Assembly: GCF_001194135.2 (NCBI RefSeq)
Contig: NC_068983.1
Span: 148,055,647 to 148,103,466 of the forward strand
Origin: Octopus bimaculoides
Taxonomy: Eukaryota
DNA: 47,820 nt
Direction: 5' to 3'
Part shown: piece after piece, positions 1 to 12,723 of the stretch
How the letters are laid out: each line of letters opens with the position of its first letter
Position numbering within the stretch: the stretch's first letter is position 1
Notes under the pieces: model-generated
Told to the model about the DNA's origin: nothing
Databases searched by the model: none
What the model saw: only the letters and a program-made list of their open reading frames with translations
Made by a program: the position numbers and the translations under genes

Positions 1-881
1 TGTGTGTGTGTGTGTGTGTGTGTATCTAAATATATATATCGATTTTGATGAAACGACACATGAGTAGATCTCATGTCTGGAAACCTCATGGCACACTCAG
101 ATTTTTGAAAAAGATCGATAATAGGGCCCATGGAAGGGATCCTTTTTATAGCCAAGGGAAATCACCCATTCATTTTCCTAAACTATTTGGTAAAAATAAA
201 ACTGATTATGCCTATTTTTTAGTAGTTGAACTGTTAGTTATTTTCGTAATTTATCCAGTACAACCCTTAAACAAGTAAATAGTATTTTCCTAAATAATGA
301 TCCACTTATTTCGGTTAGTGACTAATTCCCCTATATACCAACACTAGCGCCCCTGAGGGTAATATTCTTTGGGAACGCGCAGAAGCCCTTTTCAGAGTTA
401 TTTACTTTGAATTGTTATTATCTAATATCTGAATAACTTGGTATTACGTAACATGCTTCACGATTTTAGTATACATGCCTTGTTAGTATTTCCGCCTGTG
501 TTCTATATACTCTGGGAACGCATAAAAGCCCTTTTTGGGGCTACTTTATTTGAATTCTTGCTATCGAGTAACTAATTTCATGTTATTACATAACTGACTT
601 TATAATTTGTATATTCATAACTTATTGGGAATTTCTAAAAACAAGATCCTGTGTAAGACAGTTCGGTTTTCTCTGTAAATGCACAGAAACTTAGTATTGT
701 TGTTATTGGATTAGCGAAACAATTATGAGAACGGAACCAAGGGATAAGCCCTGCTTTCCTGGAAATTACCAGATACGTCAGCTAGTATATATATGCGTGT
801 GTGTGTATATATATATATATGTGTGTATACATATATTTATATGTATATGTATACGTATATAAATGTGTGCGTGAATGTGTG

Positions 882-924
<43 letters not shown>

Positions 925-1387
925 ATGTTTGTATGTGTTTGCGGACGTGTGTATGCGTGTACGTGTTCGAACGTCCAATCTTAAAGGCCAGCTAAGGACA
1001 ATCGCATATATAACCAACCATGAAGAACAAATCAGCAGTACNNNNNNNNNNNNNNNNNNNNNNNNNNNNNNNNNNNNNNNNNNNNNNNNNNNNNNNNNNN
1101 NNNNNNNNNNNNNNNNNNNNNNNNNNNNNNNNNNNNNNNNNNNNNNNNNNNNNNNNNNNNNNNNNNNNNNNNNNNNNNNNNNNNNNNNNNNNNNNNNNNN
1201 NNNNNNNNNNNNNNNNNNNNNNNNNNNNNNNNNNNNNNNNNNNNNNNNNNNNNNNNNNNNNNNNNNNNNGCATAATCAAATACCTGCACACCTGGAGAGC
1301 TACGTTGTGTCGAAGCAGTTGTAGTGGTAGAAAATAAATGTTCAACTGTACCCCTTCTTGTTGACTTCAATTTTCAATTATATATAC

Positions 1388-1465
<78 letters not shown>

Positions 1466-2524
1466 CAAAGAGTGAAAGAGGAGGAGAGAGGACACAGGGG
1501 AGAATGATAGCTATTAATAGAAATTACGAAAATAAGTACCATAGAAAAAATATTGGGTACGATAGATACTGCGAAAAATATTCAAGGCGACGCTCTAGCA
1601 TGGCCGTAGTCTGATGACTTAAACAAAAAAAAATACTCAAGAGAATGTGCGCTTGGTGCTGATATGAGTGTAACATTGTGAGATATTAGTTTAAGCGAAA
1701 CATTAAAAACACAATTTTGTACTTGTTTGTAAATTATTAATAATGTTTGTATTTCTTTACTAGTTGATTATTTTTATGCGGAGCAGCAAAGTTCCTATGT
1801 GCATGCAAGTTTTTAGTCCATTAATGCGTGCTGCAACCGTTTTATTGTAGGAAGGAAACATGGAAATGATGTTATGTTAATGATGGTATCATTAGCGTCG
1901 AATTTGAAAATTTTAACAGTGAACTCCAGGATTATGTCAATGATCAGGAAGTGGCCTTTATTTGTTATTAGGATACGCTATCTGTAAGTTAATTTCTAAG
2001 TTGTGTTCAGTTATTAATAAAGTTTCCGTGATTAATATTTTAAATGATGTTTGGAAATATTACAGAATGTGATTGAGATATCGGTTAACGATTTTTTTCT
2101 ATTTAATCTTCTTTTGTTTGTCTAATGTAATATGTTCTGATGGTTTTTTGGGGGATAAAATGCGTAGCGATAAAGCTAACAAAATATAAAGGGCAAACAG
2201 GGGAAATAAGAGAAGCCTTGATTAAAAGAATAAACTTAAACACAGTCTTTTAATACAATACATACACACATAAAAATATTTATACAATATATCGCCATAC
2301 GTGTGTGCGTATGTGTGAGGGTGTGTGTGTGTGTTTTTGTTTATTTGTGTGTGTCTATTCTATCTGTATATTATATATATATATATATATATATNNNNNN
2401 NNNNNNNNNNNNNNNNNNNNNNNNNNNNNNNNNNNNNNNNNNNNNNNNNNNNNNNNNNNNNNNNNNNNNNNNNNNNNNNNNNNNNNNNNNNNNNNNNNNN
2501 NNNNNNNTATATATATATATATAT

Positions 2525-2734
2525 ATTGGTTTCAAATTTTGGCACAAAGCCACCAAATTCGGGGGTCGGGTAAGTCGATTACATCGACTCCAGTGCTCAT
2601 CCGGTACTTACTTTATCGACCCTGAAAGGGTGAAATGCGAAGTCGACCTCGGTGGAATTTGAACTCCGAGCGTAAAGACGGACGAAATGCCGCTGAGCAT
2701 TTTGCCGGCGTGCTAATGATTGTGCCAGCTCACC
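2525..2734 (-). mobile_element. tRNA-type SINE, family 1
   Basis: Minus strand begins GGTGAGCTGGCACAATCATTAGC (A-box-like) and has B-box-like GAGTTCAAATTCC at 2654-2666. Homologous copies occur at 33692, 34650 and 35824. Confidence 0.8.
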
Positions 2735-3009
2735 TTACACACACACACATACACACACACACGGGCGTGTATGATTGTGTATAGAAAAATATATTACTGA
2801 AAGAAATTCTGTCTTATTTACACGTTTTATGAACAATCTTATAATAACATAATATAGGATAATAATATATAATGAACTGATAGAATATTAAATGTCCATT
2901 CTGATTGAACTAGTACTTTCATGCATGTATTATGTATGTATGTATGTATGTATGTATGTATTAGTGTGTTTGTGTCTCTGTCTGTCCCCCTACCCACCAC
3001 TTGATTACT

Positions 3010-3500
3010 GAATACTGGTATTACAGATCCTCTCCATGTTTAACAGTTGGAAGAAAGCAGTCTGGGTCAAATGCTTCTTTTGGCTGTCTCAACATGTATA
3101 CTAGGCCGATGATCGGAAATAAGGTAAAGGATGACTCGTCCGAGAAAATAACAATCTTCTATTATTCTGGGGACCAATTCTGTAGGTTTTTACTCCACTC
3201 TGAACGCTATGCAACGTTTGTTTTTGAAAGTAGTGGTTTTCTGATTGCAGCCCTCCCGTGAAATCCAGCTTTGTGCAGCTTCCAGTGAACAGTTTTTGTG
3301 GAAACTGGGTTCTCGAGGTGGTCATTAAGCTGTGCAATAATTTTGGGACCTGTACCTTTGTGATCCTTTCTAACAATTCGCGTAGAAATTTGATGGCCCC
3401 TGTCTGAAATATTTGGTTTTCTTCCGGAGTATTGTTTCGACGGGGAGAATTTACCCTTCTTCTTAAAGGCTGTCATTTCTTTTCAGACATTGCTTCTTGT
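3010..3500 (-). mobile_element. Tc1-family DNA transposon, decayed transposase fragment
   Basis: One frame with stops: GRKPNISDRGHQISTRIVRKDHK...VSTKTVHWKLHKAGFHGRAAIRKPLLSKTN...KIVIFSDESSF...PTVKHGGGSV. This covers the HTH region, the first catalytic D (FSDES) and the Tc1 motif TVKHGGGSV. Confidence 0.9.
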
Positions 3501-4607
3501 TTTCGTTACGCTAGCACNNNNNNNNNNNNNNNNNNNNNNNNNNNNNNNNNNNNNNNNNNNNNNNNNNNNNNNNNNNNNNNNNNNNNNNNNNNNNNNNNNN
3601 NNNNNNNNNNNNNNNNNNNNNNNNNNNNNNNNNNNNNNNNNNNNNNNNNNNNNNNNNNNNNNNNNNNNNNNNNNNNNNNNNNNNNNNNNNNNNNNNNNNN
3701 NNNNNNNNNNNNNNNNNNNNNNNNNNNNNNNNNNNNNNNNNNNNNNNNNNNNNNNNNNNNNNNNNNNNNNNNNNNNNNNNNNNNNNNNNNNNNNNNNNNN
3801 NNNNNNNNNNNNNNNNNNNNNNNNNNNNNNNNNNNNNNNNNNNNNNNNNNNNNNNNNNNNNNNNNNNNNNNNNNNNNNNNNNNNNNNNNNNNNNNNNNNN
3901 NNNNNATATATATATATGTATGTATGTATATATATATCGTGGGGTAAGTGAGTGTGTGCTTGTATGCCTAAGGGAGGAATGTAAAGAGAAAGAAAGCGGC
4001 TGATAGAGAAACATATGATGAGATAAATAACTATTTCGTTGACATTTGATCAGAAATAATTGTAGTGGATTAGGAAATGGTGTATTCATTAGTTTTTCAT
4101 GATAATTTAACGCAATTACTGAAATAGCTATTCCCACAAAACAAACATGTGTCGATGAATCAATTTGCTGTGGGCTAATGTATTATATTCAGATTTACAT
4201 ATATTCATTCTGAAACAGATTATAATTCGCTTTCGGAAGTTAAGGAGTTTACAGTCACATAATAGAATAAATCACCGGCAAGACAGATGTTGGTTTGAAC
4301 TTAGCCAGATAGCATTTCACTAATGTGAAGTATTTCTCATACGAAGAAACATTTACGTTTGCTGAACAGTCCAGATTGATGAGCTAAAAGAAATAATTGT
4401 CATTATTCACTCATCTGTTATCAATTCATTTCATTGTATCCTGTGATTCTCATAACCCTATGCCAACAATGCATAACTTTAAAGAAGTTAACTTTATTTA
4501 AATTCGTTAATGATACATAAAGCGGAATCATTTAGATATAAATACCGAATCACGTTTGAGCCACTCAACATATATTTAATTTTAAATTTTAATGTTAGTC
4601 TCCACGA

Positions 4608-4845
4608 TACCAGACGAACCGATGGCTCGTAATGAGACGCAGTTTAGGGCAGCGATGTCAAATTCTCTTATGCGCCGGATGTACCATCGGAACTATTGGT
4701 TGGACCATGTCGGGTGGGGGAGGGGAGCCATGCAGGAAACGTGAAGAGAGCACAGCATAAAGACGGAAAGTCACGGTGGTGCGGCAGCATGGCCGCAGCC
4801 ACTTGGCTGAAACCCATAAATAAATAAATAAATAAATAAATAAAT
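4608..4845 (+). mobile_element. CR1-like LINE 3' end with (TAAA)n tail
   Basis: Translates TIPDEPMARNETQFRAAMSNSLM, matching VPDEPT...SNSLIHQ of the element at 40.6 kb. Both share a GCAGCATGGCC 3' motif; this copy ends in a (TAAA)n tail. Confidence 0.65.
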
Positions 4846-5494
4846 GTGCTTATCATTAAATATTATTAATTAACTCTACTCCTGATAAAGAAAAAAAAGA
4901 AAACAAATTATCAGAGAAGACAAAACAAATGCATAATGTAATAAACCTCCTTCTTAGACAGAAAAATATATGCTGGAAAATGATCTGAGGCAACGTTGTT
5001 GCGATTATTGCGAGTTGAAGCCTGAAATAGATATTGTTAGTTTTGATGTAGTCAAGTTCATACCTTTTCTGGCATTATTGAACATAATCTATACAAACAC
5101 TTTACATTCATCATCCAGGTATTTGGATAGTGACTATGTCACGATAAGTAGGTAAGGATCCACCAGTTTTTATGTTTAACAAAGCATGAAGATATTTTTT
5201 CAAGATATGACAGAAAGGCAAAAATTAAGCTGGAGCATTGAATACTTTCTTCTTTTCTCGTTCAGACTTGCATTCCCGCGTCTGCTATTTGATATTCTAT
5301 ATCACTGTATACAAAGACATATATACATTCAGTCACACGAACTTTGTTTGCTTGTCTGTTAGTTTGCATACATATACATTCATCTGTATGAGCAAGTGTA
5401 TCACAGGACAAAAAAAAAACTTTATATCACTGATTTAGTATTCATATAAGAAATAATTATAGTGTATTCTTCCAAACTTCCGATCACGTTTAGC

Positions 5495-5546
5495 TAACTT
5501 GCGTATTATTCAGTAATGATCACACACACACACACACACACACGCA

Positions 5547-5584
<38 letters not shown>

Positions 5585-5981
5585 ACACACAGACATACAC
5601 AAATATATATATATAGATATATATATATATACATATACATATATATATATATGCATATATATATATATATATATACACATATATATATTTATATACATAT
5701 ATATATACATATATACTTATATATATGTNNNNNNNNNNNNNNNNNNNNNNNNNNNNNNNNNNNNNNNNNNNNNNNNNNNNNNNNNNNNNNNNNNNNNNNN
5801 NNNNNNNNNNNNNNNNNNNNNNNNNNNNNNNNNNNNNNNNNNNNNNNNNNNNNNNNNNNNNNNNNNNNNNNNNNNNNNNNNNNNNNNNNNNNNNNNNNNN
5901 NNNNNNNNNNNNNNNNNNNNNNNNNNNNNTAACTTGCGTATTATTCAGTAATGATCACACACACACACACACACACACGCA

Positions 5982-6019
<38 letters not shown>

Positions 6020-6163
6020 ACACACAGACATACACAAATATATATATATAGATATATATATATATACATATACATATATATATATATGCATATATATATA
6101 TATATATATACACATATATATATTTATATACATATATATATACATATATACTTATATATATGT
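5495..6163. repeat. Identical ~234 bp blocks flanking an N-gap (5495-5728 and 5930-6163)
   Basis: Both blocks start TAACTTGCGTATTATTCAGTAATGATCACAC and continue through the same imperfect CA/TA pattern. Confidence 0.9.
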
Positions 6164-6753
6164 ATATATGTATGTATGTATATGAATATATGCACACACA
6201 CACATATATATGCATATATATACACACATATATACACATATATACACATATGTATATATATATATAAACGTATATATGCATTTATAGATATACACATATA
6301 TATATATATATATACATATATATATACTATATACATACATATATATATACTATATACATACATATATACATATAAATATAAATATAAATATACATATATA
6401 TATATGTGTGATCATATAGAATATATATATATATGTATGTATATACGTATATATACATTTATATATATACATATACGTATGTATATANNNNNNNNNNNNN
6501 NNNNNNNNNNNNNNNNNNNNNNNNNNNNNNNNNNNNNNNNNNNNNNNNNNNNNNNNNNNNNNNNNNNNNNNNNNNNNNNNNNNNNNNNNNNNNNNNNNNN
6601 NNNNNNNNNNNNNNNNNNNNNNNNNNNNNNNNNNNNNNNNNNNNNNNNNNNNNNNNNNNNNNNNNNNNNNNNNNNNNNNNNNNNNNNNNNNNNNNNNNNN
6701 NNNNNNNNNNNNNNNNNNNNNNNNNNNNNTATATATACATACATACATACATA

Positions 6754-6793
<40 letters not shown>

Positions 6794-7347
6794 GCTTTTG
6801 CTGTCTGTAAATTTTGCTTTTCACTGACATCGAAAGTAATTTTACTGTAAGAGGAGTGTCCGTTAATTAAAACTGGCACTGTACAGTATATCACTTTAAG
6901 AAAAATAATGCAGATTTCCGGCTCTCTCCTCACTTGTGCAGCTGTACATGATTGGAAATATACGGTGAAGTATCACCACGTCAGCTATAAGATGCCAGCT
7001 CTTTCATCAACATGACAAGGCTCGTAAACGAATGGAAATCAAAACAGAAAGTTAAGTCTCTGAACGATATATCTTATTTTCTTTTCTATTACTTTAATTT
7101 TTATTCTTTATTAGATAAATATATGTTTTGCAGTGAGCTCAAATATTTTGCAGTTAGCTCAATATAGCGTTTGTTTTTAAGATAGTGCTGTTAACTTCCC
7201 ATCCCTCGTTTCTTAGTCAGTCGTATAGGCACCATATTTACCACAAGAAGAAAAGAAACCGTGTCCGTTATTGTTCACAAGAAAGAAGAAAAATCTTGAT
7301 GTTTAATATAGCAATTTAACAATAATTTAACGAAAGAATGATAATAA

Positions 7348-7465
7348 CTCAAAGTGTAGCTGTGTGTTTAAAAGCTTGCTTGCAACCATGTGATTTCGAG
7401 TTCAATCCTACTACGGAACATCTCCGACAGGTGTCTTCTACTATATCTCCAACCGACCAATTCAC
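7348..7465 (+). mobile_element. tRNA-type SINE, family 2, degenerate
   Basis: GTAGCTGTGTGTTTAAAAGCTTGC...GAGTTCAATCC...GTGTCTTCTACTAT, homologous to the minus-strand copy at 40385-40552. Confidence 0.6.
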
Positions 7466-8014
7466 TGTATATACTTATAAACATATCTATTTCTGTTGTA
7501 TATTGGGAGGTTCATTATGTCAATAAGAAAAACACTGGTTCAATTTCACTTCTTTATTATCAGTTAACTAACGCCATCATAAGTTTAAATACTAAACTGG
7601 CTTTTCTAAGAATAATATATTTCTTCTGAATGTTATTTTTGTAGCGTTCTTATATTATTGATATTACTTCAGTTCGCTTTGAATTAACCTGTTTTAGGTC
7701 TCCTGTATTAGCATAAATTTTGGGATACATTGGTTTGACTGGTATTTTGTATCTTTGTTCGACATCTAAACATGCTGGCACAGTAGAAACGAGCGTCGTT
7801 AATGTATGGTGTAATCATCAATTAAAGATGTGATATTCTCCATTCTTGTCCATGTTGTTATATACCCTGGATTTTTTTGGAATTCTCGTGGGCAATATTT
7901 GGATTTACTTACTATACACGTGGAATTATCTTGGATTTTAATTCTATTTGAATTTATTGGTTTCTGATTCTTTGATACCGTTAACAAAGTTCACTTAGCC
8001 ACTTAGTTCACTTT

Positions 8015-8272
8015 ACCAAAATTATATTAAATTATCTTGAAATACTAAAGAGTAAATTTATTCAATAAAATCGGCATTGGCTTCACCACAACCTCCAGAT
8101 GACTTCGGAATCTCCTGCAGCTCTTCTGGACGGTTTCCTTGTTTTAGTTGGTGAATGCTGCCATAATTCTTACCTTCCCTTCATCTTGGAGTTTTGTTGG
8201 TCTTTTACTTAACTGCGCTCCACATATAATAATCAAGGGGTTTGCAGTCTGGGGATGTTAGGGTGATGTGGT
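8015..8272 (-). mobile_element. Tc1/mariner superfamily (DD37D/maT-like) transposase 3' end
   Basis: With frameshifts: SPDCKPLDYMWSAV...TNKT...RIMAAFTN...ETVQKSCRRFRSHLEVV.EANADFIE*. The SPDxxPLDY third-D motif is maT-like rather than Tc1 (NPIE) or mariner (APSD). Confidence 0.75.
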
Positions 8273-8328
8273 ATATATGTATGTATGAATGAATGTATGT
8301 ATGTATGTATGTATGTATGTATGTATGC

Positions 8329-8373
<45 letters not shown>

Positions 8374-9912
8374 ATATATGGTATCTAAGAGATACTGCCA
8401 AGCTGAAATATAGTAGTCAGATCTAGACTCTAAACCACAATAAATGTTCATATGTTACAAAGAGCGATGACGAAGACAAAATAAACTAGCAAAAATTACT
8501 GGATAATTCCAGATCCTGGACTTCTGGCTCTGCATAAGAAATGCTCTGCTTTAATCAGTGAAATATACTCAGAAAAGCACATAAATACAAATATATGTAT
8601 AAACATACGATATACTTACATATACGAACGTATACATACATATATATGCACGTATGCACACGACCAGTTTAAATTGCCCGCCTAAAAACTCCTCGTGCGA
8701 TATTGTCAGTATATCTACCGCAGTGAATATAATGACGAAATAAATTTATATAAATAAGGATAAGATCGATATATAAAAATATCGATGTTATCAAGTGGCC
8801 AGGATAAGATATATCGACCTTATCCTCATATATTATCTTAATAAGTATTAGACAACCGGAAGCTACAATAGATGATAACTTGCGCAGAGTAATGGGTAAT
8901 GCAAGCTAGAATAGAACATAGAACATCACGGTTACGAACCAAACTAATCACAAAGATCGGTGTACTCCTATTCGCGTCTTTTTCATAACGGAATGTCAAG
9001 AGTCTTCAGAAGGAAGAACACATGTGTAGTAAAAGCTAAATATTGATCAATGTTAGCGTAAACCATTATAGAATTGCGTTGGTCACGTCCAGTCATCGTA
9101 AATTAAACGTAAAACAGTTTGCACATCATGCATAAAAAAGACGAATTTTTTTTCATTTGGTTTAGTAAGGAAGAATAGGTTGTGTTCACGAGGTTTGCAA
9201 GCCCTCAGACACTACTGATATTCATTATTTTGATGGTGGATTAGAACACTTGTAAGTTGATATTTAGAACTTTTTGTATCAACGAAATCATGGCCTGATT
9301 CTGTGATATCAAAGTACTCTAGGAAGTTAAAAGAAAGAAAAAAAATTAAGTGGATAGAAAATGACAAAGTGTGTAAACATGATAGTTTAATCTTAAATAT
9401 AGATCTGAATGAAAGGTTTATTTAATGTGGAAGGTAAATTAACATGTTAAATGTAAGAAAACGACTTGTATGTATTATGACTAACTGTCCATTTAGTTGT
9501 ATGTAGTAGGAAAGTGTCAAAAGATAAAAGAAAACAAATTATAGATGCTATCAGCAATATTCTAACACCTGTTTCTTTTCATGTTGACATGAATTGGATA
9601 GGTAATAAGAAGAGTATAATACATTCGTTAAGAATTTGATTTGATATTCTGCACATTTAATACATCTCGACTTTTACGATGAAAATCAGCTAACTGTGTA
9701 GATTGGTTGTTTTCATTATAGTCCCACAAGTCTTTATCTATTCGATATCAGTTTTGTTTTGGAGAAGCTAGTTTTTTATTTGTGTTATTTCTACAGCAAG
9801 AAGGTAATCTGCGTTTCCCCAATATAGTTAAATGTACAACGTAGGAAAATATGTGCTTCACTTCTATTGTTGACTGCTATGAATCATTGAAATAGACTGA
9901 ATTTTATCTAAG

Positions 9913-10005
9913 AACAATGGAGATTAGGAGTGTTCAGGTATCTATTTACGCGCACGGAGCAGATTCCAGAAAGCGACGGTGATGAACCAATATATTACTT
10001 CTTTG
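9913..10005 (+). CDS. Candidate internal exon (phase 1-1), product unknown
   Basis: Acceptor ttttatctaag, donor TTTG|gtaaga, 93 nt. The only open frame reads QWRLGVFRYLFTRTEQIPESDGDEPIYYFF. No family recognised. Confidence 0.3.
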
Positions 10006-12630
10006 GTAAGACAGAATATTAACTGGGGAACAGTTATAAGATTTTTATGAGTACATCAACTATATAGGTGGAGTAAGAGAGAGAGGGGGAGAGAGATAGA
10101 GTTAGAGACAAACAGACTGATAAATGCTAAGGGTTTTAATTCTACAAAAATTAGACATACAAACGACGCAATACAGATACAATGTAAGATTTAATATAAT
10201 TCATTCAGGACTCATTCCTCAACACAGATCATCATTATCTCCTTGATTTATTTTTGTATATGTACATTAACAAAATGTATTTTATTTACTACTTGTATGA
10301 CCTAGGTATGTTTTGCTGGTTCAAGATGATCGGGTAAATCAACAATGACCAAATGTTTTTATTGATGCAAAGATATAAATTTTCTCTCAACTTTGATCTT
10401 CACTATAAAATTCCCAATGAAATATGTTTATCTTAGATAAGATAAATCAAATAGATTTAAAAAATTTTATCTCAGCACAGCTAACATATCATCGATCACA
10501 ATTACTTAAAAGTGAATATAAATGTAACCCTAAGACGCCAATGATTTATTTAAAATGAGGCAAATTCATACAGAAGATTCTCAGCAAATACATCTGTTTC
10601 TGGTAACAAATACAATGATACAATCACTCGTTAGCTGATGCAGTCTCGGTGACAGAGTAAATCAATCGCACGACCGATTAAAGAAAATAGAAAAAAAAAA
10701 TCATATTGCTTGATTTCCTTTCACAATGTTTTGATAATTTCCTTTTCTTTTGTCAATTTGAGAAGATCTGCATAAAGACCTCAGGTGCTGTATTTCTTCC
10801 TCTGATTAAGCCTTTAAAATATCCTACTTTGTCGAGTGTTTAAAACTCGGAAACGATATCTTCAGATTGATTTGACTTTCCAAAGATTATTCAGCAGTAT
10901 TCCAACCACCCAAAGGGTTAAACCAGGAAAATTTCACTGAAACCAAAATCTGATCTAAAAGCCTAGTAGTGGTAAAAATGAAAACAAAAATGAAAAAAAA
11001 AAAAGGAAAACAGAGTCGCAAACCATAACCGTTACAGCGTCAATTCACATAGTAGCAAAATATCTTATTCAATAGCGCTTGTTTCGTTTACTCTATATAA
11101 CTCATAAATGGCTGTATATCAATATTGCTCTTCCGCAGATGAAAGCGAAATAATTAAGAAGGGAAATGTTAAGAACTTTATTTTGAAAGAAAATTGTTAG
11201 ATCTTGGAAATATAATCAATATTCGTAGATGCAACACTTTCACTTCACTTCATTAATTGTTTACATCACTTCATTAATTTTCAGGTGTTATCTTTCTGTA
11301 ACAGTGAGTTTGCCAAGATTTTTTTCCTATTGAACTTTACACATAAGAACAATACAAACAGCTTTCAATGAGGTAGGCTGAAAATAATATATTATTTAGT
11401 CTATAAAAAGAATGCATTAACATCTGGCGTTTTTAGTCGTCTATATTTAAGCGTATTTATGTATGTCTCAGTGTGGTGGTAAACCCCCACTGAGACAAGT
11501 ATACTACACAATTTAGATGTTTAGTTGAATCATTTCCCTTCATTTACTCCACATATATGTTCTAATATTCAAACCTTGCCAATATTCTGACGATGACTTG
11601 ACATAGCTCATGTAAGGGAAATATTTGGTGATGAGCTAATTAACCATTAAGATTTATACAACATACAAAATCAATATTTGCGTCAAATATATTTCTATAT
11701 TTAAATTAATTATGAGTTGCGTAATTTTATAATTAGTGGAAGCAGGCAACAACCTAGACCAAACGACAGTTTTCAATAGCACAGTTTTAATTCCTGGTTT
11801 ACATATATTCACTTCAATTCAATCCGATATGGATGTCACAATTTCTCAGTTATCCCTTCCCTTCCTTAAAATGCGTGGCCTTATAACTCACCAAGGAGAA
11901 ACTAATATCTATAAGTTATAAATTTGTGATATGGCAGTGAATTGATAACATTAGCGGATCACTTACTAGATATTCTGCAGTATTTAGTTGCATTTTTTGC
12001 TTAATCTCTACAGTCTGCATATGTACATACATGCATACATACACACACACGTGTATGTATGCATGTACGAATAATATATGAGTATATGCGTATATACGTA
12101 CATGTATGTACATACCTACATCTACATGTATATATAGATGCATATCTGGGTACAGGACGTAGCAAAAAAGACAGGTAGTGTTGACAGGAAGAAAATGTTT
12201 AGTGAGGATAGCCCTTGAGGTCCCAGAGGTAACCCCCACTAGGTAACGAAAGTTGTGGTAGATGTAATGCAGAAGACACAAGTTTAGCTGATGTGGACAA
12301 AAGACAGATCGATATTTCACCATAAGAACAAAGGAAGGCGTGCCGCTAAATGTGCATGGATAGTATGAAAGACAGCATAGCAAAGCAAGTAAGCTAGCAT
12401 GAAACATGTGGAAAATGTAATAAAACAGATCGTGATTTGTCGTGAGAGCGGTATATGTTTCGCTTCCATCCCTGACTAACACTGTTGATGGATTGCCGTG
12501 TAGATGTTTCCCATCGTCTTAGCTTGTCCTGGTAATACCGATTTCAGGATATACTCTCTAGTTTTGAATTTTGCTATACTACACACAGGCACACCCATAC
12601 ACATATAAGTGTATGCATATGAGCATACGT

Positions 12631-12719
<89 letters not shown>

Positions 12720-12723
<4 letters not shown>

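Noticed and set aside
1851-1983. Plus-strand exon candidate (ttttattgtag ... CT|gtaagt) reading RKHGNDVMLMMVSL...
   Set aside because: The peptide is not recognisable, its end phase does not fit the next candidate, and such signals are common in AT-rich DNA.
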